This document shows positions 48,764 to 61,019 of a DNA stretch of 64,000 nucleotides, in pieces; the stretch's first letter is position 1; the number at the start of each line of letters is the position of its first letter. The stretch is from NCBI GenBank assembly GCA_964016885.1, contig OZ024740.1:266910001-266974000 (forward strand), in the 5' to 3' direction. Origin of the DNA: Eledone cirrhosa. Lineage: Eukaryota. Below the pieces are notes generated by a model. The model did not search any database. It saw only the letters and a list, made by a program, of their open reading frames with translations, and was not told the DNA's origin. The translations under genes and the position numbers were made by a program.

Positions 48764-49289
48764 TCGCGATATATCAACGACTATCTATAGGTTAGCGAAT
48801 TTCTTCAATTTTTGTTAACGACAAAGTATGATTTTCAAATTTGATTGTTATTTCTAGCAGTTCCAAAAACAGCGTAGAACCTCTTTGGCTGGCTAATCTT
48901 TTTATATTTGGAAGTGTTTAAATACGGAAACTCTATAGATAATGAACACAACCACAAGGATATAGTCCCAACGTGGAAGAGCTTAACTCTCACTGTCATC
49001 GCCTCCATCACTCTCGCCCTCCCCCATCTTTCTGTATGGTGAAAAAATGGGGTACCACATGTTGGCCTCCCCACAGCCCGGGCGGACAGAATGGAGAAGG
49101 CGTTTTCCCGGAGGTTAGTAAGGAATATGCACTGGAAGAGCCATTCTAACTCCGAGGCCCAACCCTGCGTCTAGCCAGCTCAGCGCCAATTGTGGTGCGT
49201 AGGGAAGTAGCCCTAGAGCCAAGTACACCAGAAGTCTCTACTGCCGAGGGCACGACCGCAAACCTGTCGTAGAGGGATCGGTTCTTGCC
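48764..49289. other. Unidentified ~526-bp insert present in array units 2-8
   Basis: Flanked by a ttgcc direct repeat; empty site atattgccttatcaaacacg at 47641-47660. Confidence 0.75.
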
Positions 49290-49563
49290 CTGTCAAACAC
49301 GTTTACGTTTCTCCCAATTTAGTGAAAGTTGTACAAATTTAGAAGCTGTTGATTGACAATGTAAATACAACGTTATGAATGGTTACTAATATTTAGCATC
49401 TACGTCAAGTACTTTTGTCAAACCCAGGTCAGCACAATTCCAACATTGGTAAAATATACAGTACTGAATATAGTAATAGACGGGAAGTTAGTCAGAAGAA
49501 ATATCTGAGATTCTATCAAACACAACACAATATGAATTAGAAGGAAAAAAATAAGCATAAAAA

Positions 49564-49635
49564 GATTCCAGCGAGTTTCGAACTCACGACCTTCTGCGTG
49601 TAAAGCAGATGTGATAACCACTACACCATGGAAAC
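49564..49635 (-). tRNA. tRNA-Val(TAC), acceptor pair 2:71 mismatched
   Basis: GTTTCCA/TGGAATC. Confidence 0.7.
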
Positions 49636-49744
49636 AGATAAAATATTGTCTTATCAAACACATTTTCATAGGTTTTAATAAAGTGAAATTGAAACAGATA
49701 TAAATGTGCTTGATGGGGTAATATTTGGTGAACAGTAAACGTAT

Positions 49745-49816
49745 GGTTCCATGGTGTAGTGGTTATCACATCTGCTTCACACGCAGAAGGTCGTGAGTTC
49801 GAAACTCGCTGGAACC
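49745..49816 (+). tRNA. tRNA-Val(CAC)
   Basis: Intact cloverleaf. Confidence 0.85.
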
Positions 49817-51205
49817 TTACTTTCGCTCTATTATTTTTTTTTATCAGTTGTGTTTTATTTGTCAGCATCTCACATATTTCCTTTATCTATCTCTTCCATT
49901 ATTTCTAATCCCGCCGATGATGACTTTGCCTTTCATCCTTACCGGGTCGATAAAATAAAGTACAGGTAATGCACTAGGTAAAATTGCTGGCTTTGTGCCT
50001 AAAGTAGAAACAACTATTTCTATATCCAGTGTTGTTTACTTTTCCAATGATGGAAAATTTTAGCCCTTCTTCCTTTTTTCAATTACTTTAAAAGCAAAAG
50101 GAAGCATCTTTAGATGTAAATGAAATATTTTTTTTATTTTTAAATTAAAATTTAATATTAAGTGTGATTATACCGAATATTGAACTCCCGACAATTTGAC
50201 TAAGGTTCCAGTGAGTCTCAAACTCATGACCGTCTGTGTGCTAAGCAGACGTGATAGCCACTACACTATGGGAGCAATTACGGTCCAGTTTATCGAATAA
50301 TTTTCTTTTATACATATATTTTGATTTTGAATTTTTTTATCTTGACTAATATTTATATGTATAGTCTAGACTTAGAAAAGCTAGTAACCAAAGGGTTGCA
50401 TCCTAACAAATATTGCCTCGCGATATATCAACGACTATCTATACGTTAGCGAATTTCTTCAATTTTTTTTTAACGACAAAGTATGATTTTTAAAGTTGAT
50501 TGTTATTTCTAGCAGTTCCAAAAACAGCGTAGATCCTCTTTGGCTGGCTAATCTTTTTATATTTGGAAGAGTTTAAATACGGAAACTCTATATATAATGA
50601 ACACAACCACAAGTATAGGGTCCGAACGTGGAAGAGCTGAACTCTCACTGTCATCGCCTCCATCACTCTCGCCCTCCCCATCTTTCTGTATGGTGTAAAA
50701 ATGGGGTCCCACGTGTTGGTCTCCCCACAGCCCCGGCGGACAGAATGGAGAACGCGTTTTCCCGGAGGTTAGTAAGGAAGATGCACTGGTAGAGCCATTC
50801 TAACTCCGAGGCCCAAACCTGCATCTAGCCAGCTCATCGCCAATTGTGGTGCGTAGGGAAGTAGCCCTAGGGCCAAGAACACCAGAAGTCTCTACTGCCG
50901 AGGACACGACCGCAAACCTGTCGTAGAGCGATCAGTACTTGCCCTGTCAAACACGTTTACGTTTCTCCCAATTTAGTGAAAGTTGTATAAATTTAGAAGC
51001 TGTTGATTAACAATGTAAATAAAACGTTATGAATGGTTACTAATATTTAGCATCTACGTCAAGTACTTTTGTCAAACCCAGGTCAGCACAATTCCAACAT
51101 TGGTAAAATATTCAGTACTGGATATAGTAATCGACGGGAAGTTAGTCAGAAGAAATATCTGAGATTCTGTCAAACACAACACAATATGAATTAGAAGCAG
51201 ATAAA

Positions 51206-51277
51206 GGTTTCAGCGAGTTTCGAACTCACGACCTTCTGCGTGTAAAGCAGATGTGATAACCACTACACCATGGAACC
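51206..51277 (-). tRNA. tRNA-Val(TAC), one acceptor mismatch
   Basis: 3' strand reads TGAAACC. Confidence 0.72.
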
Positions 51278-51398
51278 AGATGATTGCTTCGAACAAATAT
51301 TGTCTTATCAAACACATTTACATTTGCTTTAATTTAGTGAAATTGAAACAAATATAAATGTGGTTGATGAGGCAATATTTGGTGAACGGTAAACGTAT

Positions 51399-51470
51399 GG
51401 TTCCATGGTGTAGTGGTTATCACATCTGCTTAACACGCAGAAGGTCGTGAGTTCGAAACTCGCTGGTACT
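51399..51470 (+). tRNA. tRNA-Val(AAC), acceptor stem damaged
   Basis: 3' strand reads TGGTACT. Confidence 0.65.
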
Positions 51471-52755
51471 TTAATATCGCTCTATTATTTTTTTTTCCTC
51501 AGTTATGTTTTATTCGTCAGCATTTCACATATTTCCTCTATCTATCTCTTCCATTATTTCTATATCCAGTGTTGTTTACTTTTACAATGACGGAAAACTT
51601 TAGCTCTTCTTCCTTTTTTCAAATACTTTAAACACAAAAGGAAGCATTTTTAGATGTAAATGAAATATTATTGTTTTTTTAATAAAAATTTAATATTAAG
51701 TGTGATTATACTGAATATTGAGTTCCCGAATTTTTTACTAAGGTTCCAGTGAGTCTCAAACTCATGACCTTCTGTGTGCTAAGCAGACGTGATAGCCACT
51801 ACACTATGGGAGCAATTACGGTCCATTTTATCGAATAATTTTCTTTTATACATATATTTTGATTTTGAATTTTTTTATCTTGACTAATATTTATATGTAT
51901 AGTCTAGACTTAGAAAAGCTAGTAACCAAAGGGTTGCATCCTAACAAATATTGCCTTGCGATATATCAACGACTATCTAGACGTTAGCGAATTTCTTCAA
52001 TTTTTTTTTAACGACAAAGTATGATCTTTAAATTTGATTGTTATTTCTAGCAGTTCCAAAAACAGCGTAGAACCTCTTTGGCTGGCTAATATTTTTATAT
52101 TTGGAAGTGCTTAAATACGGAAACTCTATAGATAATGAACACAACCACAAGGATATAGTCCCAACGTGGAAGAGCTGAACTCTCACTGACATCGCCTCCA
52201 TCACTCTTGCCCTCCCCATCTTTCTGTATGGTGAAAAAATGGGGTCCCACGTGTTGGTCTCCCCACAGCCCCGGCGGACAGAATGGAGAAGGCGTTTTCC
52301 CGGAGGTTAGTAAGGAATATGCACTGGAAGAGCCATTCTAACTCCGAGGCCCAACCCTGCGTCTAGCCAGCTCAGTGCCAATTGTGGTGCGTAGGGAAGT
52401 ACTCCTAGAGCCAAGTACACCAGAAGTCTTTACTGCAGAGGGCACGGCCGCAAACCTGTCGTAGGGCGATCGGTTCTTGCCCTGTCAAACACGTTTACGT
52501 TTCTCCCAATTTAGTGAAAGTTGTATAAATTTAGAAGCTGTTGATTAACAATGTAAATACAACGTTATGAATGGTTACTAATATTTAGCATCTACGTCAA
52601 GTACTTTCGTCAAACCCAGGTCAGCACAATTCCAACATTGGTAAAATATACAGTACTGGATATAGTAATCGACGGGAAGTTAGTCAGACGAAATATCTGA
52701 GATTCTATCAAACACAACACAATATGAAATAGAAGGAAAAAAAGAAGCATATAAA

Positions 52756-52827
52756 GGTTCCAGCGAGTTTCGAACTCACGACCTTCTGCGTGTAAAGCAG
52801 ATGTGATAACCACTACACCATGGAACC
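52756..52827 (-). tRNA. tRNA-Val(TAC)
   Basis: Intact cloverleaf. Confidence 0.88.
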
Positions 52828-52948
52828 AGATGATTGCTTCGATCAAATATTTTCTTATCAAACACATTTACATTTGTTTTAATTTAGTGAAATTGAAACA
52901 AATATAAATGTGCTTGATGAGGCAATATTTGGTCGACAATTAATGTAC

Positions 52949-53020
52949 GGTTCCATGGTGTAGTGGTTATCACATCTGCTTAACACGCAGAAGGTCGTGA
53001 GTTCGAAACTCGCTGGAACC
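52949..53020 (+). tRNA. tRNA-Val(AAC)
   Basis: Intact cloverleaf, loop TT-AAC-AC. Confidence 0.85.
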
Positions 53021-54291
53021 TTAGTCTCGCTCTATTATTTTTCTTTTCTCAGTTGTGTTTTATTCGTCAGCATCTCGCATATTTCCTCTATCTATCTCTT
53101 CCATTATTTCTATATCCAGTGTTGTTTACTTTTACAATGATGGAAAACTTTAGCCCTTCTTCCTTTTTTCAAATACATTAAAAACAAAAGGAAGCATCTT
53201 TAGATGTAAATGAAATATTATTGATTTTTTAATTAAAATTTAATATTAAGTGTGATTATACCGAATATTGAACTCCCGAAAATTTGACTAAGGTTCCAGT
53301 GAGTCTCAAACTCATGACCTTCTGTGCGCTAAGAAGATGTGACAGCCACTACACTATGGGAGCAATTACGGTCCATTTTATCGAATAATTTTCTTTTATG
53401 GATATCTTGTAATTTTGAAATTTTTTATCTTGACTAATATTTATATGTATAGTCTAGACTTAGAAAAGCTAGTAACCAAAGGGTTGCATCCTAACAAATA
53501 TTGCCTCGCGATATATCAACGACTAGCTATACTTTAGCGAATTTCTTCAATTTTTTTTTAACGACAAAGTATGATTTTAAACTTGATGGTTATTTTTAGC
53601 AGTTCGAAAAATAGCGTAGAACCTCTTTGGCTGGCTAATATTTTTATATTTGGAAGTGTTTAAATACGGAAACTCTATAGATAATGAACACAACCACAAG
53701 GATATAGTCCAAACGTGGAAGAGCTGAACTCTCACTGTCATCGCCTCCATCACTCTCGCTTTCCCCATCTTTCTGTATAGTGAAAATTGGGGTCCCACGT
53801 GTTGGTCTCCCCACAGACCCGGCGGACAGAATGGAGAAGGCGTTTTCCCGGAGGTTAGTAAGAAATATGCACTGGAAGAGCCATTCTAACTCCGAGGCCC
53901 AAACCTGCGTCTAGCCAGCTCAGCGCAAATTGTGGTGCCTAGGGAAGTATCCCTAGAGCCAAGTACACCAGAAGTCTTTACTGCAGAGGGCACGACCGCA
54001 AACCTGTTGTAGAGCGATCGGTTCTTGCCCTGTCAAACACGTTTACGTTTCTCCCAATTTAGTGAATGTTGTATAAATTTAGAAGCTGTTGATTAACAAT
54101 GTAAATACAACGTTATGAATGGTTACTAATATTTAGCATCTACGTCAAGTACTTTTGTCAAACCCAGGTCAGCACAATTTCAATATTGGTAAAATATACA
54201 GTACAGGATATAGTAATCGACGGGAAGTTAGTCAGAAGAAATATCTGAGATTCTATCAAACACAACACAATATGAAATAGAAGCATATGAA

Positions 54292-54363
54292 GGTTCCAGC
54301 GAGTTTCGAACTCACGACCTTCTGCGTGTAAAGCAGATGTGATAACCACTACACCATGGAACC
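54292..54363 (-). tRNA. tRNA-Val(TAC)
   Basis: Intact cloverleaf; the downstream T-run region is partly deleted. Confidence 0.85.
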
Positions 54364-54483
54364 GTTTATTGCTTCGATCAAATATTGTCTTATCAAACAC
54401 ATTTTCATAGGCTTTAATTTAGTGAAATTGAAACAAATATAAATGTGGTTGATGAGGCAATATTTGGTGAACAGTAAACGTAT

Positions 54484-54555
54484 GGTTCCATGGTGTAGTG
54501 GTTATCACATCTGCTTCACACGCAGAAGGTCGTGAGTTCGAAACTCGCTGGAACC
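54484..54555 (+). tRNA. tRNA-Val(CAC)
   Basis: Intact cloverleaf. Confidence 0.85.
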
Positions 54556-55955
54556 TTACTTTCGCTCTATTATTTTTTTTCTCAGTTGTGTTTTATTTGT
54601 CAGCATCTCACATATTTCCTTTATCTATCTCTTCCATTATTTCTAATCCCGCCGAGGTTGACTTTGCCTTTCATCCTTACCGGGTCGATAAAATAAAGTA
54701 CAGGTAATGCACTGGGTAAAATTGCTGGCCTTGTGCCTAAAGTAGAATCAATTATTTCTATATCCAGTGTTGCTTAGTTTTCCAATGATGGAAAACTTTA
54801 GACCTTCTTCTTTTTTCAAATACTTTAAAAGCAAAAGGAAGCATCTTTATATGTAAATGAAATATTTTTTTTATTTTTAAATTAAAATTTAATATTAAGT
54901 GTGATTATACCGAATATTGAACTCCAGACAATTTGACTAATATTCCAATGAGTCTCAAACTCATGACCTTCTTTGTGCTAAGCAGACGTGATAGCCACTA
55001 CACTATGGGAGCAATTACGGTCCATTTTATCGAATAATTTTCTTTTATAGATATCTTGTGAATTTGAATTTTTTTATCTTGACTAATATTTATATGTATA
55101 GTCTAGACTTAGAAAAGCTAGTAACCAAAGGGTTGCATCCTAACAAATATTGCCTCGCGATATATCAACGACTATCTATACGTTAGCAAATTTCTTCAAC
55201 TTTTTTTTAACGAAAAAGTATGACTTTTAAATTTCATTAGTTATTTCTAGCAGTTCGAAAAACAGCGTAGAACCTCTTTGGCTGGCTAATCTTTTTATAT
55301 TTGGAAGTGTCTAAGTACGGAAACTATACAGTTAATGAACAAAACCACAAGGATATAGTCCCAACGTGGAAGAACTGAACTCTCACTGTCATCGCCTCCA
55401 TCACTCTCGCCCTCCCCATCTTTCTGTATGGTGTAAAAATGGGGTCCCACGTGTTGGTCTCCCCACAGCCCCGGCGGACAGAATGGAGAACGCGTTTTCC
55501 CGGAGGTTAGTAAGGAAGATGCACTGGTAGAGCCATTCTAACTCCGAGGCCCAACCCTGCGTCTAGCCAGCTCAGTGCCAATTGTGGTGCGTAGGGAAGT
55601 AGCACTAGGGCCAAGTACATGAGAAGTCTCTACTGCCGAGGGCACGACCACAAACCTGTCGTAGAGCGATCAGTACTTGCCCTGTCAAACACGTTTACGT
55701 TTCTCCCAATTTAGTGAAAGTTGTATAAATTTAGAAGCTGTTGATTAACAATGTAAATAAAACGTTATGAATGGTTACTAATATTTAGCATCTAGGTCAA
55801 GTACTTTTGTCAAACCCAGATCAGCACAATTCCAACATTGGTAAAATATACAGTACTGGATATAGTAATCGACGGGAAGTTAGTCAGACGAAATATCTGA
55901 GATTCTATCAAACACAACACAATATGAAATAGAAGGAAAAAAAGAAGCATATTAA

Positions 55956-56027
55956 GGTTCCAGCGGGTTTCAAACTCACGAGCTTCTACGTGTAAAGCAG
56001 ATGTGATAACCACTACACCATGGAACC
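55956..56027 (-). pseudogene. tRNA-Val(TAC), degenerate
   Basis: TTTG T-loop plus T-stem and anticodon-stem changes. Confidence 0.75.
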
Positions 56028-56148
56028 AGATGATTGCTTCGATCAAATATTGTCTTATCAAACACATTTACATTTGTTTTAATTTAGTGAAATTGAAACA
56101 AATATAAATGTACTTGATGAGGCAATATTTGGTGAACAATAAACGTGC

Positions 56149-56220
56149 GGTTCCATGGTGTTGTGGTTATCACATCTGCTTAACACGCAGAAGGTCGTGC
56201 GTTCGAAACTCGCTGGAACC
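56149..56220 (+). pseudogene. tRNA-Val(AAC), degenerate
   Basis: A14>T and a T-stem mismatch. Confidence 0.7.
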
Positions 56221-56860
56221 TTTGTTTCGCTATATTTTTTTTTTCCTCAGTTGTGTTTCATTCGTCAGCATCTCACATATTTCCTCTATCTATTTTTTCA
56301 ATTATTTCTATATCCAGTGTTGTTTACTTTTCCAATGATGGAAAACTTTAGCTCTTCTTCCTTTTTCCAAATACTTTAAAAACAAAAGGAAGCATTTTTA
56401 GATGTAAATGAAATATTATTTTTTAAAAATTAAAATTTAATATTAAGTGTGATTATACTGAATATTGAATTCCCGAATTTTTTGCTAAGGTTCCAGTGAG
56501 TCTCAAACTCATGACCTTCTGTGTGCTAAGCAGACGTGATAACCACTACACTATGGGAGCAATTACGGTCCATTTTATCGAATCATTTTCTTTCATAGAT
56601 ATCTTGTGATTTTGAAATAATATTTTTTTAAAATTAAAATGTTATAATAATAGTGATTATACCGAATATTGAACTCGCGACAATTTGACTAAGGTTCCAG
56701 TGAATCTCAAACTCATGACCTTCTGTGTGCTAAGCAGACGTTATAACCACTATACCATGGGAGCAATTAGGGTCCATTTTATCGAATCATTTTCTTTTAT
56801 ACATACCTTTTGATTTTGAATTTTTTTATCTTGACTAATATTTATATGTATAGTCTAGAC

Positions 56861-57533
56861 CAAAGGTTCTCAACGGGGGGCATATACACCCCCGGAGGGG
56901 CGTCTCAGAACTCCAGAGGAGGGGGCGTTTGGAGCTTTGTTAGGGAGCGCTGGAAGTCTCTTTATTTTGGTAAGTTTTATAAGCCATATTTGTATGTCTT
57001 TGAGACAGCCAGTGTGAATGCATTTGAATGAGCTTGCAGCCAACATAACTATAGTCTGACCGCAGCTGTTAGCAGATGTGCAGGCATGTCCGGCAATTGA
57101 GACGTTAACCGGTAATTGAGATCCTAAAAATGGAAAAACCCACAGTCAACTGAGTCAAGACACTTTGAGCGCAGCCAGTTAGAATCTTATTTTTCCTTCA
57201 CCGATAACAATGTATTTCATGTATGAAATTATTGACTCAACTGCAACGAGTTAACACTATGTAGATCTATTTTATTCCCTATTGTATAAATAATATTACG
57301 AATAAAAAAAAGAAAAGAAAAAAACAGAAGCGAGTAGCACACACATCTAGGACCACATACAACACATAATCAGATAATACACACGTCTTTGGAATATTGT
57401 TAATCAATTTTTTATTAATCTACTGTTATAAAAATCAGTAGTATATTGAAAAATGGAAAAATAGGGGAGGGCGCGTTTCGTGATTTCGGGGGACAAAAGG
57501 AGGCGTTTGGCCTAAATGGGTTGAGAACCTGTG
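56861..57533. mobile_element. hAT-type MITE inserted in one array unit
   Basis: TIRs caaaggttctcaac / gttgagaacctgtg; 8-bp TSD gtctagac; the other units show the empty site. Confidence 0.9.
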
Positions 57534-58387
57534 GTCTAGACTAAGAAAAGCTAGTAACTAAAGGGTTGCATCCTAACAAATATTGCCTCGCGATATATCA
57601 ACGACTATCTATACGTTAGCGAATTTCTTCAATTTTTTTTTAACGACAAATTATGATTTTAAAATTTGATTGTTATTTCTAGCAGTTCGAAAAACAGCGT
57701 AGATCCTCTTTGGCTGGCTAATCTTTTTATATTTGGAAGTCTTTAAATACGGAAACTCTATAGATAATGAACACAACCACAAGGATATAGTCCCAACGTG
57801 GAAGAGCTGAACTCTCACTGTCATCGCCTCCATCACTCTCGCCCACCCCATCTTTCTGTATGGTGAAAAAATGGGGTCCCACGTGTTGGTCCCCCCACAG
57901 CCCCGGCGGACAGAATGGAGAAGGCGTTTTCCCGGAGGTTAGTAAGGAATATGCACTGGAAGAGCCATTCTAACTCCGAGGCTCAAACCTGCGTCTAGCC
58001 AGCTCAGCGCCAATTGTGGTGCGTAGGGAAGTAGCACTAGGGCCAAGTACACCAGAAGTCTTTACTGCAGAGGGCACGACCGCAAACCTGTCGTAGAGGG
58101 ATCGGTTCTTGCCCTGTCAAACACGTTTACGTTTCTCCCAATTTAGTGAAAGTTGTATAAATTTAGAAGCTGTTGATTAACAATGAAAATACAACGTTAT
58201 GAATGGTTACTAATATTTAGCATCTACGTCAAGTACTTTTGTCAAACCCAGGTCAGCACAATTCCAACATTGGTAAAATATACAGTACTGGATATAGTAA
58301 TCGAGGGGAAGTTTATCAGAAGAAATATCTGAGATTCTATCAAACACAACACAATATGAAATAGAAGGAAAAAAAGAAGCATATAAA

Positions 58388-58459
58388 GGTTCCAGCGAGT
58401 TTCGAACTCACGACCTTCTGCGTGTAAAGCAGATGTGATAACCACTACACCATGGAACC
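58388..58459 (-). tRNA. tRNA-Val(TAC)
   Basis: Intact cloverleaf. Confidence 0.88.
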
Positions 58460-58580
58460 AGATGATTGCTTCGATCAAATATTTTCTTATCAAACACATT
58501 TACATTTGTTTTAATTTAGTGAAATTGAAACAAATATAAATGTGCTAGATGAAGCAATATTTGGTGAACAGTAAACGTAT

Positions 58581-58652
58581 GGTTCCATGGTGTAGTGGTT
58601 ATCACATCTGCTTCACACGCAGAAGGTCGTGAGTTCGAAACTCACTGGAACC
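58581..58652 (+). tRNA. tRNA-Val(CAC)
   Basis: Intact; T stem fully Watson-Crick (gtgag/ctcac). Confidence 0.85.
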
Positions 58653-60055
58653 TTGGTTTTGCTCTTTTATTTTTTTTTCTCAGTTGTGTTTTATTTGTCA
58701 GCATCTCACATATTTCCTTTATCTATCTCTTCCATTATTTCTAATCCCGCCGAGGTTGACTTTGCCTTTCATCCTTACCGGGTCGATAAAATAAAGTACA
58801 GGTAATGCACTGGGCAAAATTGCTGGCCTTGTGCCTGAATTAGAAACAATTATTTCTATATCCAGTGTTGTTTACTTTTCCAATGATGGAAAACTTTAGC
58901 CCTTCTTCCTTTTTTCAAGTAATATAAAAAGAAAAGTAAGCATCTTTAGATGTAAATGAAATATTTTTTTTATTTTTACATTAAAATTTAATATTAAGTG
59001 TGATTATACCGGATAATGAACTCCCGACAATTTGACTAAGGTTCCAGTGAGTCTCAAAATCATGACCTTCTGTGTGCTAAGCAGACGGGATAGCCACTAC
59101 ACTATGGGAGCAATTACGGTCCAGTTTATCGAATAATTTTCTTTTATAGATATCTTGTGAATTTGAATTTTTTTTATCTTGACTAATATTTATATGTATA
59201 GTCTAGACTTAGAAAAGCTAGTAACCAAAGGGTTGCATCCTAACAAATATAGCCTCGCCATATATCAACGACTATCTATACTTTAGCGAATTTCTTCAAT
59301 TTTTTTTTGAACGACAAAATATGATTTTCAAATTTGATTGTTATTTCTAGCAGTTCAAAAAACATCGTAGAACCTCTTTGGCTGGCTAATCTTTTTATAT
59401 TTGGAAGTGTTTAAATACGGAAACTCTATAGATAATGAACACAACCACAAGTATAAGGTCCGAATGTGGAAGAGCTTAACTCTCACTGTCATCGCCTCCA
59501 TCACTCTCGCTTTCCCCATCTTTCTGTATGGTGAAAAAATGGGGTCCCACGTGTTGGTCTCCCCACAGCCCCGGCGGACAGAATGGAGAAGGCGTTTTCC
59601 CGGAGGTTAGTAAGGAATATGCACTGGAAGAGCCATTCTAACTCCGAGGCGCAAACCTGCGTCTAGGCAGCTCAACGCCAATTGTGGTGCGTAGGGAAGT
59701 AGCCCTAGAGCCAAGTACACCAGAAGTCTCTACTGCAGAGGGCACGACCGCAAACCTGTCGTAGAGCTAGCGGTTCTTGCCCTGTCAAACACGTTTACGT
59801 TTCTCCCAATTTAGTGAAAGTTGTATAAATTTAGAAGCTGTTGATTAACAATGTAAATACAACGTTATGAATGGTTACTAATATTTAGCATCTACGTCAA
59901 GTACTTTTGTCAAACGAAGGTCAGCACAATTCCAACATTGGTAAAATATACAGACTGGATATAGTAATTGACGAGAAGTTAGTCAGAAGAAATATCTGAG
60001 ATTCTATCAAACACAACACAATATGAAATAGAAGGAAAAAAAAGAAGCATATAAA

Positions 60056-60127
60056 GGTTCCAGCGAGTTTCGAACTCACGACCTTCTGCGTGTAAAGCAG
60101 ATGTGATAACCACTACACTATGGAACC
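60056..60127 (-). tRNA. tRNA-Val(TAC)
   Basis: Intact cloverleaf (A9 variant). Confidence 0.88.
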
Positions 60128-60248
60128 AGATGATTGCTTCGATCAAATATTGTCTTATCAAACACATTTACATTTGATTTAATTTAGTGAAATTGAAACA
60201 AATATAAATGTGCTTGATGAGGCAATATTTGGTGAACAGTAAACGTGT

Positions 60249-60320
60249 GGTTCCATGGTGTAGTGGTTATCACATCTGCTTCGCACGCGGAAGGTCGTGA
60301 GTTCGAAACTCGCTGGAACC
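60249..60320 (+). tRNA. Val-body tRNA with CGC (Ala) anticodon
   Basis: TCTGC-TT-CGC-AC-GCGGA; the rest is identical to the Val consensus. Confidence 0.7.
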
Positions 60321-60693
60321 TTACTTTCGCTCTATTATTTTTTTAAATCAGTTGTGTTTTATTTGTCAGCATCTCACATATTTCCTTTATCTATCTCTTC
60401 CATTAGTTCTAATCCCGCGAGGATGACTTTGCCTTTCATCCTTACCGGGTCGATAAAATAAAGTACATGTAATGCACTGGGTAAAATTGCTGGCCTTGAG
60501 CCTAAAGTAGAAACTATTGGTCTCCCCACAGCCTCGGCGGACAGAATGGAGAAGGCGTTTTCCCGGAGGTTAGTAAGGAATATGCACTGGAAGAGCCATT
60601 CTAACTCCGAGGCCCAAACCTGCGTCTAGCCAGCTCAGCGCCAATTGTGGTACGTAGGGAAGTAGCCCTAGGGCCAAGTACTCCAGAAGTCTC

Positions 60694-61019
60694 TGTTGTT
60701 AGAAAAAGCTATCTCACTTACCGCTTTTCACAGGCGCCGCTAAATTCCACTGCAGGTTACTCCTCTTCCACGTGCGTCCAACTGCTTAACACCGGGAGCT
60801 GCCCAAAACTCGCGTCCACACCGTGTTCTGGTCACCACTAGAGAGAGGCCCTCTGCTGGCCCTTCCGGTCGAGCATCCTTCCGGCCAAAAGACACTTCCG
60901 GTCGAGCGCTCCCCCGCCTCCGGCCACCGCACGCCACACACCTTCCGGTCGAGCACTCCCAAGCCTCCGGCCACCGAACGCCACTCCATACCCACACGCC
61001 CCTCTGATCTCAAGGATCA
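60694..61019 (-). repeat. Putative 3' LTR with internal cttccggtcgagc repeats
   Basis: Lies between the PPT and the point where array sequence stops; left edge is uncertain by ~3 nt and the partner LTR is not in the window. Confidence 0.7.

Larger units (their letters stand above)
47591..60693. repeat. Tandem array of eight ~1.55-1.65-kb units, each with a head-to-head tRNA-Val pair and usually a third tRNA pseudogene
   Basis: Marker tatagtctagac(ttagaaaag) at ~47591, 48706, 50360, 51898, 53447, 55097, 56848/57533 and 59197. The first unit is shorter (lacks an insert) and the sixth carries an internal duplication plus an adjacent MITE. Confidence 0.95.

Noticed and set aside
49040-49200. HDV-like ribozyme, vault or RNase P/MRP RNA within the array insert
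   Set aside because: Only partial pairings; catalytic and conserved-region motifs could not be placed.
45381-60167. Recurrent ORFs containing WFHGVVVITSALHAEGREFETRWN
   Set aside because: These are translations of the tRNA genes and flanks.
47591-60693. CRISPR-like reading of the regularly spaced repeats
   Set aside because: Eukaryotic context; the spacers are homologous rather than unique, the repeats are tRNAs, and there are no cas genes.
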